64,000 nucleotides of DNA from Candidatus Cloacimonadales bacterium (lineage in GTDB: Bacteria > Cloacimonadota > Cloacimonadia > Cloacimonadales > JAIOQZ01). Under the pieces are notes generated by a model that was given only the letters and a program-made list of their open reading frames with translations, was not told the origin of the DNA and did not search any database. The stretch lies in NCBI GenBank assembly GCA_963662655.2, contig CAXXTU010000002.1, positions 1,312,001 to 1,376,000 of the forward strand, given 5' to 3'. The translations under genes and the position numbers were made by a program. Positions 1-9,913 of this stretch are shown in pieces (the stretch's first letter is position 1; every line of letters starts with the position of its first letter).

Positions 1-2
1 TT

Positions 3-1718
3 GTGGCGAAATCTAAAAGCAGGATGGAAGGCTGGAAGCAGGTAACCGAGTTTTACAATGCTGGGCTGCTGATGCCAGAGGTGTACGAGAATGAAGGTAA
101 ACGATCGGAAGCTGCCCTGCGCAAATGGCTGAAAGACTATCTGAAATCCGGACGAGATTACATGGCGCTGATGCCGAAGTACCAGGTCGGCAAGGGCGCA
201 TCCATCACCGAATTCGAGGAGAAGGTCATGTTGGCCGGACTACTCGGAAAGGATGCTGATAACTGTCGAACTGTCGGATCGGTGATTGCCCGGCTCAAGC
301 AGCATTGCCACCTCGTGAAGATTGGAGAAGTACCGGACACCATCGAGATCAACGGCAAAGCCTATCAGGTAATCAGCCCTTCATCGGCGGCAACGCTCAG
401 ACGCTGGGCAGATCAATTCAAGCGACACCATCGAGGCGAGTGGATTCTCAAGCGGCATGGCGAAAAAGCGCTCAAGGACACCTTCCTGCCAAGCATCTTG
501 CGTGACGATAGCGATATCAAGCCCGGTGACGTGTGGATTTCGGACGGTCACACGCTCAACTTCATGGTGATCGATCCGGACTCAGGCAAGCCACGCCGCC
601 TGAACCTCATCGCCTTCTTTGACTGGGCATCGCGCATGATCGTGGGTGCTACAGTCGATTGGACTGAAAGCACGCAGGCGATTGCAGACGCCTTTCGCAA
701 CGGTGTGTTGTACACAGGATACACGCCAAAGCTGGTCTATGTCGATAATGGCAAGGCGTATCGATCGAAGTATTTCGGCGGCATCTCCCTGGCGCGTTAT
801 GAAGCTCAAGTAACCGGAATCTTTGCACGGCTGGGCGTGGAGCTGTCCTTTGCGATACCCTACAACGCGCGAACCAAGATCATCGAACGCTATTTCGAGA
901 CGCTGAACAACCAGTTCGAGAAGTGGATGCCCGGCTATTGTGGTGAGTCTATAGACAAAAAGCCAGCGAGAATGCGCAGAAATGAGAAATTGATGCAAAG
1001 CTACAGCGTCAAAGACATTCTCACAGTAGAGCAGGCTATTCTGGCGCTTGAGGGCTGGAATCTCAAATACTACGGACTGAGCTACCACAGAGGAATCAAG
1101 GCGCGACCTATGGAAGTGCTTGAGTCAGCGAATATCCCGCCATCGCGTCATATCTCGGAGGAACGCCTGAACCATTGCATGTTGGTAAGTGATGATCGCA
1201 TCATGAACAAGGAAGGCGTCCAGCTTCACGGCATCCTCTACTGGGATGCCAACATGCTTGATTACGTAGGCAACAAGCTGACGCTCCGCTATTCAATCCG
1301 CGATCGCCGCTATGTGAAGGTCTATAACAAGCGTGGTGATTATATAGCAACAGCAAGGGCTCGCGACCATGTACACGCGATGGTCAAGCTGTCTGATGAT
1401 GCGCTCAAAGACGGCAAGAAGCTCCAGAAACAAATCAAAGAGATCAAACGTCATCAGAGACGTATAAAGGAATCGACCGCTGCCATAGCTGAACAAACCA
1501 ATTCGGTGCCTGAACTGATCGATCCGCAGAATATCAAGCAACTGATGCAGAATCCGGATCCGATACCTGCACCACCTGAGCAAGTCGAGAAAGAGCGCGA
1601 AAACGTTACAGACATCTCTCGCCTGCTGCAGGAGATAAATGTCGAAGAAGCTGATATTGAAAGACCGCAAGAAAGTGAAATGGAACGAATGATAAAAACG
1701 ATGGGAGTAAAAGGATGA
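3..1718 (+). CDS. Mu-type DDE transposase (MuA-like), probably 5'-partial at window edge
   Basis: DDE motifs WISDGH, VYVDNGKAY, KIIERYF; Mu transposase C-terminal-like region; followed by AAA ATPase. Confidence 0.9.
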   Translation: MAKSKSRMEGWKQVTEFYNAGLLMPEVYENEGKRSEAALRKWLKDYLKSGRDYMALMPKYQVGKGASITEFEEKVMLAGLLGKDADNCRTVGSVIARLKQHCHLVKIGEVPDTIEINGKAYQVISPSSAATLRRWADQFKRHHRGEWILKRHGEKALKDTFLPSILRDDSDIKPGDVWISDGHTLNFMVIDPDSGKPRRLNLIAFFDWASRMIVGATVDWTESTQAIADAFRNGVLYTGYTPKLVYVDNGKAYRSKYFGGISLARYEAQVTGIFARLGVELSFAIPYNARTKIIERYFETLNNQFEKWMPGYCGESIDKKPARMRRNEKLMQSYSVKDILTVEQAILALEGWNLKYYGLSYHRGIKARPMEVLESANIPPSRHISEERLNHCMLVSDDRIMNKEGVQLHGILYWDANMLDYVGNKLTLRYSIRDRRYVKVYNKRGDYIATARARDHVHAMVKLSDDALKDGKKLQKQIKEIKRHQRRIKESTAAIAEQTNSVPELIDPQNIKQLMQNPDPIPAPPEQVEKERENVTDISRLLQEINVEEADIERPQESEMERMIKTMGVKG

Positions 1719-2476
1719 ATGATGTTTTAATAGCAACCGAGAACACGAAATTTGCAGACAAGCTGCTCTACAATGTTGGAAAGCAACCTGAAGGCTCAAT
1801 TGTTGTTATAATCGGTGATCCCGGAACTGGAAAGACTTTTTACGCTAAACATAAAGCATATACCAATGGATGGATATACCAGTGTGTAAAGGCGACAGAA
1901 TTGCCGAAATCGTTTTTGCAGGGTGTTCATAGCAGATTGAGCTTCTTGATACACGGCAAAGATTCCCATCCTCGAGGAAACACTCCTGAGCTTCAGGAGG
2001 CATGCAACAAGATGTTTCAACATCCGAAGGTTGCGAACAAGGTCTTTGTCTTTGACGAGATCAACCTTCTTATTCAATTCCGCAAATGGGGCATTCTTGA
2101 GATTATTCGTCAATTTCGCGATATCGCTGGTGCAACAATCATGATGATCGGTGAAAACGACTCAAAGGGACTGATAACAGCATACAACGAGCATTATTTC
2201 AGTCGCTGTAAATTTGTTGAATTTTCAATTCTTTCGATCGCTGACCTGATCAGAATTATTAAGGGTCGAAGTGAGCTTGAATTTGATAACGCCACAGCCG
2301 AATATCTGATTTCGAATGAGACGAAAGATGAGAAAGGTAAAAGCAAGAATGAGTGCCATGGGTCTGTAAGAATTGCAACAGACAGGTTGGAGATTCTTGA
2401 GCAGGAAGCGCGACGTCAGGGAAAGGCAAGAATCATTTTTGAAGAAGTGAAAGGTGTCACCTATGCCGCAATCTGA
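1715..2476 (+). CDS. MuB-like AAA ATPase (transposition helper)
   Basis: Walker A GDPGTGKT, Walker B FVFDE; ATGA overlap with transposase. Confidence 0.85.
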   Translation: MNDVLIATENTKFADKLLYNVGKQPEGSIVVIIGDPGTGKTFYAKHKAYTNGWIYQCVKATELPKSFLQGVHSRLSFLIHGKDSHPRGNTPELQEACNKMFQHPKVANKVFVFDEINLLIQFRKWGILEIIRQFRDIAGATIMMIGENDSKGLITAYNEHYFSRCKFVEFSILSIADLIRIIKGRSELEFDNATAEYLISNETKDEKGKSKNECHGSVRIATDRLEILEQEARRQGKARIIFEEVKGVTYAAI

Positions 2477-2477
2477 A

Positions 2478-2933
2478 ATGACGCAAACTGACCTGATCAA
2501 GAACTTTGCATTCTGTTCGCAGAAACCCTTCACCACGAATGATGTAGTCGAGTTCTGCGGAGTGAAAGAGCGTTATGCCAGGCTGCTTTTGAAGCGCTTG
2601 GTTGATAAAGGCGACCTGAGCATATCTAAAATCGGTGCTCATGGTGCTAATGTATATGTCTGGGGCGTAAAAGGTGAAGTCAAGAAATCACCTTCCTACG
2701 AGATCATCTATAACATCCTCTTCAGCAATCATAAATGGCTTAGGAAAGAAGAGCTTATCGAGAAAACCGGGCTGGCAGAGGCAACGATTGAACGCTGGTT
2801 GCCAGCACTTTTAACCGAGAATGCTGTTATTGCGAAGTACGTCGATGGCAATCTGGCATATTATACAGCCGTTCCCGAAGCCGACTTAACCACTATCAAA
2901 CCACTGAGGGAATATGGCATACGCAATGACTAA
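2478..2933 (+). CDS. Phage protein with tandem winged-HTH-like segments
   Basis: FTTNDVVEFCGVKERYARLLLKRL and KEELIEKTGLAEATIERWL HTH-like patterns; ATG 1 nt after the MuB stop. Confidence 0.55.
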   Translation: MTQTDLIKNFAFCSQKPFTTNDVVEFCGVKERYARLLLKRLVDKGDLSISKIGAHGANVYVWGVKGEVKKSPSYEIIYNILFSNHKWLRKEELIEKTGLAEATIERWLPALLTENAVIAKYVDGNLAYYTAVPEADLTTIKPLREYGIRND

Positions 2934-3438
2934 GAAGCAACTTGCTTACGCAAAGCAACTGCGATCCAATATCATGGCGATATCCAAGACGCAGCCTCCG
3001 TGGAACCAATACGATATCCACGACCTGATGTCAGATTGGGGCTTTGGCAGTTCGCTGCGAGCTCTCTCGATCGACGATTTGCACGAACTCAAGGAACTGC
3101 TCTCAGGGCAATACAAGCCGCATTATACGCCCCTGATGAAAGAGTTCATGAACTATGCACAGAAGACGGATACAGGATTGAAAGCCAGCTCCAGCCAAGT
3201 GAACTATATCTGCATTCTGGCAGGCGGTTACAGTTGGTATAGTAGAATGCGCAGATCGAAGTGGGATGAGAAGTTCCGAGACTGGCTGAAGAAATACGCT
3301 AAGACGGATAATCCCGTGTTTATAACGCCTGATAAGGCAAGGAAGACGATCTACATGCTCGAACGCGAGTTATGGACTACATTTGGCGATTTCGCATTCA
3401 CCCAGATTACAGGCAAACAATATCAAGGAAAGAGATAA
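2914..3438 (+). CDS. GemA/Mu gp16-like regulatory protein (start may be 2926)
   Basis: Position in Mu-like operon; 'GSSLRALSIDDLHEL' and 'ITPDKARKTIYMLE' resemble the GemA family. Confidence 0.45.
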   Translation: MAYAMTKKQLAYAKQLRSNIMAISKTQPPWNQYDIHDLMSDWGFGSSLRALSIDDLHELKELLSGQYKPHYTPLMKEFMNYAQKTDTGLKASSSQVNYICILAGGYSWYSRMRRSKWDEKFRDWLKKYAKTDNPVFITPDKARKTIYMLERELWTTFGDFAFTQITGKQYQGKR

Positions 3439-3450
3439 GGAGATCAAGGC

Positions 3451-3657
3451 ATGTGCAAACTATTTCGAGAAGATCGAGGGTACTCACCTGTTGAAATCGC
3501 AGAAAGGCTTCCCTGTGGCAAGAAAACAGTCTATCGAATGATAAACAATGTCGAAGACCCTCTTCCAGCATACAGATTGAATGGAATGCTACGGGTTCTC
3601 GGCAAAGACCTGAATGTCTATATGGAAAATCATAGAGTGGAGCCCGAGAATGAGTAG
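3451..3657 (+). CDS. Excisionase-like HTH (HTH_17/MerR-type) DNA-binding protein
   Basis: YSPVEIAERL..KKTVYRMI..LPAYRLNGMLRV; SD AAGGAG upstream. Confidence 0.75.
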   Translation: MCKLFREDRGYSPVEIAERLPCGKKTVYRMINNVEDPLPAYRLNGMLRVLGKDLNVYMENHRVEPENE

Positions 3658-4102
3658 TATCAAGAACAAGCTGAACCTGGAGACAATGCGAGATCTCGCT
3701 TACACCATGTATATTGCAGGTGTCCCGATAGACACGATCGCAGCTTCATTCAAGCGTTCCACCAGGACAATTCACGGCTGGCGAAAAAAGTATTCCTGGG
3801 ACACGGACATCGAGGACATGCGAGTGATCGACAAAAAGATCCAATTCGCAGCCAAGAAAGCCCTTCTTCGAACGCTCGAGGAGTATGAGAAGAACCCGCG
3901 AGATGTCGATCTCAAGCTACTTGTGAACCAACTGAGAGAAAACACAAAGCAGGCTGATCCGAAGCAGTATGTCGAAGAGACCTTGAAAAAGTACGTCAGC
4001 ATGACGGTGAAGTTCTTTATTGTCAAAGGTCTGGACGATCTCAGACAGGGATTCCAGCAGAACCTTCACGAGATATCCGAGTACATCGCGGAGAATCTGT
4101 GA
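3650..4102 (+). CDS. Putative terminase small subunit (N-terminal HTH, gpP/DUF1804-like)
   Basis: AYTMYIAG..IAASFKRSTRTIHGWRKKYSWD; directly upstream of terL with TGATG overlap. Confidence 0.65.
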   Translation: MSSIKNKLNLETMRDLAYTMYIAGVPIDTIAASFKRSTRTIHGWRKKYSWDTDIEDMRVIDKKIQFAAKKALLRTLEEYEKNPRDVDLKLLVNQLRENTKQADPKQYVEETLKKYVSMTVKFFIVKGLDDLRQGFQQNLHEISEYIAENL

Positions 4103-4570
4103 TGTATAAGTTCACGAAAGGCTTCAGGAATTACCTCGATGAGATCGCTTCTCTGACTCCCACCATCGAGCCGTTTGTTGACGACTCTCCTGCGAAAAAG
4201 AGTAAGCGAATCAAGCGCGTAACCGGTGAGGGTTGGAAGGCATTCAAAGAGTTCTCTGAGAGCTATTTCCCACACATCTTCAGGCTGAGTTTCTGCGATG
4301 ACCACGAGGAAATGTTCAATCTCATCGAACAACACACCGGGCTGATGGCAATCACAGGCTTTCGAGGATTTGGGAAAACTGTTTTAATGGGTGTTGTTTA
4401 CCCGATCTGGAAGGTCATCAAGGGCGAGCGATATGTTATCAATGTTGCGGCTGATATCGATCTCGCAAAGGAACGCTCTGAGTTCATGCTTTCCGAGCTG
4501 ACGAACAATCGGCGTCTGCTGGCGGACTTCCCTGATCTCGAACCAGATGGAACAGATGAAGAGAACTTCT
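4102..4570 (+). pseudogene. Terminase large subunit, N-terminal fragment truncated by ISL3
   Basis: F..SYFPH and Walker A GFRGFGKT of Mu gp28-like TerL; frame enters the IS inverted repeat after about 156 codons; no Walker B or nuclease domain follows. Confidence 0.8.
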
Positions 4571-5917
4571 GGCACTGTTGCATATTAAGTGGGTGAATGG
4601 GTATTCAGATATCCGCAACATTGCAGAACCTTCAATCTGAAGTATGAGAAGTCCTTGTATCCATACGCTCTCTTTATAATGGTTCGAATGACGTTGTTAA
4701 CCGCTTCTGCCTTGGCATTCGTGATTCTATGCTTGAACCAGTTCAACACAATATGCAATCTCTTCATAATCGTTCTTGCAAGTGCCTTCAGTGGCTCGAA
4801 GACGGTTTTCTGAATAACTCTGCACCACTCTTCAATCATCGGCTTCGCTTCTTCTTGCGTAATATCGTCTTCGAAAATCGATAGTAAATCTTCTTTGAGC
4901 AAATAGGCTTCGTAAAGGGGATGATTTAGCGTCTCCAGTTTCTTGAGTCGGGCTTGATGGTTTTCTTTGTGATTGTGTTTTCTGGTCAAAACCAACCACC
5001 GGTCGTGTTTCTTGCTCTGACGCAACTTGTCAGATTCAAAATCTCTCTGAAGTTCTCGTCGTACTTCTTCCACTTTCCTGTTGACCAGGCGGCTGAAATG
5101 GAAACGATCAAATACGATCATATCGGCACTCCAACACTCGGAAACAGCGCCGATATATGAACCACTGAAATCCATTGTTACGGTATCAATCCAGCGGAGT
5201 CGTCGTTCGTATTTTCGAAACAACTCCTTCGCACTTTCTTTCGATTTGCCCATTGTCAGGTCGATCACACGCCCGTCCTCATGGTTTGTGATAACCGTTG
5301 CATACTTATGCCTTCGCTTATAACCAATCTCGTCAATTGCAATCTGATCGACATTCGGAACTCGTCCTCTATAACCCTTTTCCAACTTGGATAACTCAAT
5401 TTTGTCGATTCGATAAATCGTACTCCGATCCACACCGAATATCCGTGCTACAGAAGCATTGTCTGAACGAAGCGTGAACTGGAGAACCTTATTGCCGAAG
5501 TCTTTAGAGTGTCGATTGAGACCCTCGGCAATATCCTGTTGTTCAGTTTTCACTCCACACTGAGCGCAGTTGATCCGGCGAAGCGTCAGCACAAGTACTA
5601 CGGGACGACAGGATATGGATGCATGAAGAATTTTGCGGACTCGATGATCATAAACTGTTCCCACAATACCGCATGTAGGACAACGTGGCTCATCTTCCTT
5701 TCGAACATGGACTTCAATGCATGGATAAGTTTGATACGTACCTTCGATTATCTGGTCGGCAGAATAACCTTGCAAAGCCAACAACGTTTTACAGACTTGT
5801 TTTCTGAGAGGATCATTCATCTCTATCTCCTTGTTGTGGTGATTAGGAGATTGTACGAGATCGGGTGATTCCTCTCAATCTTTTTTTCGACTTACCCACT
5901 AAGTTTGCAACAGTCCC
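4571..5917 (-). mobile_element. ISL3-family insertion sequence
   Basis: 24-bp terminal inverted repeats 4571-4594 (GGCACTGTTGCATATTAAGTGGGT) and 5894-5917 (revcomp GGGACTGTTGCAAACTTAGTGGGT), 20/24 identical, around a single transposase; flanks GAACTTCT and ATAATATA are not duplicated. Confidence 0.92.
4585..5820 (-). CDS. ISL3-family transposase
   Basis: Zinc finger CPTCG..CAQC, IAIDE, TMD, FDRFH, TNAKAEAVNNVI..IKRAYGYKDF. Confidence 0.95.
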   Translation of the reverse strand: MNDPLRKQVCKTLLALQGYSADQIIEGTYQTYPCIEVHVRKEDEPRCPTCGIVGTVYDHRVRKILHASISCRPVVLVLTLRRINCAQCGVKTEQQDIAEGLNRHSKDFGNKVLQFTLRSDNASVARIFGVDRSTIYRIDKIELSKLEKGYRGRVPNVDQIAIDEIGYKRRHKYATVITNHEDGRVIDLTMGKSKESAKELFRKYERRLRWIDTVTMDFSGSYIGAVSECWSADMIVFDRFHFSRLVNRKVEEVRRELQRDFESDKLRQSKKHDRWLVLTRKHNHKENHQARLKKLETLNHPLYEAYLLKEDLLSIFEDDITQEEAKPMIEEWCRVIQKTVFEPLKALARTIMKRLHIVLNWFKHRITNAKAEAVNNVIRTIIKRAYGYKDFSYFRLKVLQCCGYLNTHSPT

Positions 5918-6072
5918 ATAATATATACAGCGTTTTTTCATTTAAGGGATTAATGATGGTTAAAAATGCTGATTTTCGAATCGAGATTGTGTTCGTAAAC
6001 ATCGAAGGTTGGGTTCCGCAAGATCACATACCCCGTGTAAATGATCGACCGTAGTTTTCGGCTTCATTCACG

Positions 6073-6096
6073 AAAAAACCGCCCCGCGCGCGGAGC
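6073..6096 (-). terminator. Probable intrinsic terminator of the chemosensory operon
   Basis: Minus strand GCTCCG-CGCG-CGGGGC hairpin then GGTTTTTT, just after the stop at 6108. Confidence 0.5.
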
Positions 6097-6107
6097 TGAC
6101 GAACAAT

Positions 6108-7322
6108 TCAAAGCCTGATCATCACCAGCGAAAAATCGTCCTCGAAACTCTCGGAGCCATTCAGTTCAATCATCCGACTCCGGATACCGGCAAGCCGGTC
6201 GCTTCCCTGTCCCGCGCTCTCCCCGACGATCTTCACGAAGTCGTCGTACTCCACCATCTCGTCGGTAGCCTGATCGACGATTTCGTAGACTCCGTCGCTG
6301 AACACAAACAGCCTGTTCTCCTTGCCCACGATAACAGAAGAAGCCTGGAAGAGAATTCCGGGCATTCCGCCTATGACCATTCCCTTTGTCGTAAGCAAAT
6401 CCGTCTTCTTTTCGCTTTCGGAATCGCCGTGAATGAGAATCGCGGCAGGATGTCCTCCGCTCGCATACTTCAGCAGCCTGCTCTCCGCGTGAAAAACACC
6501 GTACCACATGGTGAAGAACTTGTCGCCCTGCTTCTCCATGGGAAAAGCCTCGTTCAATGCGCAAAGCACCTGATCCGGTTCCCGGAAATCCGTATTGGGC
6601 AGCGATTGCGACCGAAGCACATTCATCACGGACACTGAAAGTAGCGCAGCGCCGACTCCGTGACCGCATACATCGAGCAGATATATTGCATAGTGTTCGG
6701 CATCGAGGGGGTGGTAACCAAAGGTGTCGCCGCCCAGGGAGCTGGACGGAATAAATATCCAGTTCGTCTTCACCGGTTCCTCGATCTCCGGCGGCAACAG
6801 CGAAATCACGTATTCCGCGGCCTCACTGAGTTCCGCCGCAAGCGCTTGCCTGCTCTGAAGCAGCGCATTGTATGCCTCGTCTCTTTCCAACAGATGAATG
6901 TACCCGCTTGAATGATAACGAATACGCGCCAGAATCTCCAGCTTGTCCGGCAGCTTGACCATATAGTCGTTCGCTCCCAGTTCGAAGGCCTTGGCCTTGG
7001 TCTCGGGTTCTTCCTTGGATGAAAGCACGATCAACGGTATCCGCTTCGTTGCCGGATTCGCGCGGTAGAATTTGACCAGCGTCAGGCCATCGATCTTAGG
7101 CATAACCAGATCCTGCAGAATCACGGTTGGCTTGAATTCTGTAGCCTGCTTTATCGCCTGCGCAGGATCGTCGCAATGCGTGAACTCGATATCGCTCTGA
7201 TCCGCCAGCATCCTGCGAACGGTTTCGCCGATTATTCTCTGATCGTCCACAAGCAAAACCCTTATTGCGTGCGGATTCCAGGCTTTTTCTTCCTGTATGG
7301 CTTTTACGGTCTCTTCTCCCAT
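6108..7322 (-). CDS. Response regulator with REC plus SpoIIE/PP2C phosphatase domain (RsbU-like, WspR-type receiver)
   Basis: LLVDD, ILQDLVMP, ANDYMVKLPD receiver; LGGD, DVCGHGVGAAL, FSDGVYE, EDDFS PP2C motifs. Confidence 0.9.
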   Translation of the reverse strand: MGEETVKAIQEEKAWNPHAIRVLLVDDQRIIGETVRRMLADQSDIEFTHCDDPAQAIKQATEFKPTVILQDLVMPKIDGLTLVKFYRANPATKRIPLIVLSSKEEPETKAKAFELGANDYMVKLPDKLEILARIRYHSSGYIHLLERDEAYNALLQSRQALAAELSEAAEYVISLLPPEIEEPVKTNWIFIPSSSLGGDTFGYHPLDAEHYAIYLLDVCGHGVGAALLSVSVMNVLRSQSLPNTDFREPDQVLCALNEAFPMEKQGDKFFTMWYGVFHAESRLLKYASGGHPAAILIHGDSESEKKTDLLTTKGMVIGGMPGILFQASSVIVGKENRLFVFSDGVYEIVDQATDEMVEYDDFVKIVGESAGQGSDRLAGIRSRMIELNGSESFEDDFSLVMIRL

Positions 7323-7336
7323 TTCTTTCTCCAGCG

Positions 7337-9913
7337 TTAAATCGTTTCAAGAAGTTCTCTCACCACCCGGATGAAATCCTCTCCCTGAAAATCACCTTTG
7401 TTCATGTAGCGATCGGCTCCAGCGCCCATGCCGCGCACCCGGTCTTCGTCCCGATCCTTGTACGAAAGCATGATCACGGGGATCGCGCTTCGCTTGGGAT
7501 CGCGCTTCACACGTTCCACGAGCTCGAATCCGTTCATTCTCGGCATGTCGACATCCGATATCAGGAGATCGTAGCTCCCGGCGCGGAACTTGTTCCATCC
7601 CTCCATGCCGTCGGCCGCGGTTTCTACCGTGAATCCCGATTCGACCAACACCTTCTTTTCCATCTCTCGCACGGTCGGTGAATCATCCACGACCAGGATT
7701 TTGTGCGCCTGCTCGCGAGAAACCTTCTCCGCGTCGCGGATGTGTCCCGAAGCAGAGCTCAGCATCGCTTTCATCGCAAGCGTCAGGTCATCCATGTCGA
7801 TCACGAGCACTACCTCTCCATGACGCGTCATGGAGGTTGCAGCAATATTCTGCACCTTGCCCAGTCGCTTGTCCATAGGACTCACCACGATGTCCCGCTC
7901 GATGATCAACCGATCGAGCGTCAGCCCCACCGGCTCCCCCATGATCCGAATGACAATGATATAGCGCTGCGAATCGCAGTGGATGTTATCCCCGAATAAA
8001 ACCTTCGCCCCGGTCATCAGGCGTATCTTTTCGCCTCCGAACTCGTAAAAATCACAGCTTTCTCCCGTGATCTCGCTCGGCTCCAGTTCCAGAACCCTCT
8101 CGATCCTCGTTAGCGGGAAAGCGAAGATGCTGCCCATGATTTCGCACAGAAGAACGCGCACCACAGAAAGTGTCAACGGCAGCGTCATCGTGAAGCTCGT
8201 ACCTTCACCGGGGCTGGATTCGATATGAATCTCGCCCCCGACGCCTCGCACCATCGTCTGAACCACATCCATGCCAAAGCCTCTTCCTGAGGTCTCACTA
8301 ACCACCTCGCGCGTCGAGAATCCCGGCAGGAAAAGGAAATCGAGTATCTCGGACTCCGAAAGCCCCTGCATCAGATCGGCAGTAACAAGCCCTCGCTCGA
8401 TGGCACGATCCTTTATCTTCTCGATATCGATTCCATCGCCGTCGTCGGATACACTGATTTTGAGCATTCCGCCCTGGTGAATCGCAGACAGCGTTATCAA
8501 ACCGGTCGGTTCTTTCCCTTTCACTTTGCGCTTTTCGGGAACTTCGATCCCATGATCGACCGCGTTGCGGAGCAGATGCGTCAAGGGGGCCTCGAGCATC
8601 TGAAGAATATCCCGATCGACCTCCGTACGCTTCCCAACGACACGCAGCGTCACCTTTTTTCCGAGTGTCCGGGCAACTTCGCGCACCATTCGCGCGTAAC
8701 CCGCGAGTCCTTCCTCGAACGGCCTCATCCTAATATCTACAAGCTCGTTGTAGAGCCTTTCCGTGTGGGTATTCAGCGTGTTGTTGTGCTGGTCGAACAC
8801 TGCGATCAATTGATTGATGCTCTCCCCGAAGGAATTCATGGAATCATGGATGTCCGTGCGGTCCTCCGGCGGGAGCAGCTTCCTGCGCTCGAGTCGGGTA
8901 AAATGATTGCCGATACGGAAGAAGTCCGTCTTCGTCTTCAGGATGAGATTCGCGATACCCTCTCCCTCACGGGCCTCCACCATCGCCTGCCCGGCAAAAC
9001 TGAGCAACCGGTCGAGTTTCCGGGAAGTAACCCGCACAATGGATTCAAGTTCCTCTTTTTTATCGGCTGAAATCTGTTTTTCTTTCTTCCCTGTACTCGT
9101 GGTGGGAACTGCTGTTCCCCTCTGTTCTGTAAGTTTTCTTATGGCTCGGGCAAGCTCTTCTTTCTGCTCCGGTGAGAACGACTTCTTCGCCTTTGGCAGC
9201 AGGCTCTGGAACACATCAACCGCCTGAAACAGCAGATCGGCGTCACTCGCCGCAAAAGAAGCCTGCCCCTTGATCAACAGCGAAAAGAAGTCCTCCACAG
9301 CGTGCGCAAGCTGCACAATCTCGTCCAGTCCGGCGATCCGCGCAGCTCCCTTGATGGAGTGTGCCGCTCTCATGAGCGGTTCGCAGCCGTAATCGGGTTG
9401 CTGCTCCAAGACGAGAATGCCGTTGGAAAGCGTCTCCGAGTGCGTTTCCATCTCCACGAGGAAAAGCTCCATCATATCCTGATCGAGATTGGGTTGATCT
9501 TTTTCTTGCTCGGCGCTTTCCGCAGTAGATTCCGCTTGATGAAGCGTCGCAAGGTGGGATTCGGTCTGATCCAGCCACGCCTGACGCTCTTCCACAACAA
9601 CCTCGGGCTCCTCGCCAGTCATTCGCTCGAGCAATTGGATCCATTCTCGAGCAGGTTGCACCAGATTGAGTTTGATATCCTCAGCCTGCATCTTTCCCGA
9701 AGCATCCGCGAATCGCCCTGCAACCGCCTCGATCCGGCTCAAGCCCACCAGAGTCGCTGCCGTTTGCACGGACAGGCACAACTGCGAGAATCCCGCTACA
9801 TCCTGATCCGTCATTTCATCCCGAACAAGGCGTGAGATCATATCCCGCGCCTGCTCCAGGTAGCTGGCGACTTCAGACCGAAACAGCTCCATCATGGGCG
9901 ACAAATCGCTCAT
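7337..9913 (-). CDS. CheA-like hybrid kinase (WspE-like: Hpt, HATPase, CheW, REC)
   Basis: RAAHSIKG Hpt; HLLRNAVDHGIE, DDGDGID, FLPGFST, GRGFGMDVV; C-terminal REC. Confidence 0.92.
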   Translation of the reverse strand: MSDLSPMMELFRSEVASYLEQARDMISRLVRDEMTDQDVAGFSQLCLSVQTAATLVGLSRIEAVAGRFADASGKMQAEDIKLNLVQPAREWIQLLERMTGEEPEVVVEERQAWLDQTESHLATLHQAESTAESAEQEKDQPNLDQDMMELFLVEMETHSETLSNGILVLEQQPDYGCEPLMRAAHSIKGAARIAGLDEIVQLAHAVEDFFSLLIKGQASFAASDADLLFQAVDVFQSLLPKAKKSFSPEQKEELARAIRKLTEQRGTAVPTTSTGKKEKQISADKKEELESIVRVTSRKLDRLLSFAGQAMVEAREGEGIANLILKTKTDFFRIGNHFTRLERRKLLPPEDRTDIHDSMNSFGESINQLIAVFDQHNNTLNTHTERLYNELVDIRMRPFEEGLAGYARMVREVARTLGKKVTLRVVGKRTEVDRDILQMLEAPLTHLLRNAVDHGIEVPEKRKVKGKEPTGLITLSAIHQGGMLKISVSDDGDGIDIEKIKDRAIERGLVTADLMQGLSESEILDFLFLPGFSTREVVSETSGRGFGMDVVQTMVRGVGGEIHIESSPGEGTSFTMTLPLTLSVVRVLLCEIMGSIFAFPLTRIERVLELEPSEITGESCDFYEFGGEKIRLMTGAKVLFGDNIHCDSQRYIIVIRIMGEPVGLTLDRLIIERDIVVSPMDKRLGKVQNIAATSMTRHGEVVLVIDMDDLTLAMKAMLSSASGHIRDAEKVSREQAHKILVVDDSPTVREMEKKVLVESGFTVETAADGMEGWNKFRAGSYDLLISDVDMPRMNGFELVERVKRDPKRSAIPVIMLSYKDRDEDRVRGMGAGADRYMNKGDFQGEDFIRVVRELLETI

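Larger units (their letters stand above)
1..4570 (+). mobile_element. Mu-like transposable prophage remnant (left part outside window; truncated in terL by ISL3)
   Basis: Tightly overlapping co-oriented genes in Mu-like order: DDE transposase, AAA ATPase, HTH/GemA-like regulators, terS, terL. Confidence 0.85.

Noticed and set aside
5918..6054. Open frame continuing terL across the IS
   Set aside because: Joining the flanks gives a short open frame with no terminase-like motifs, and there is no target duplication
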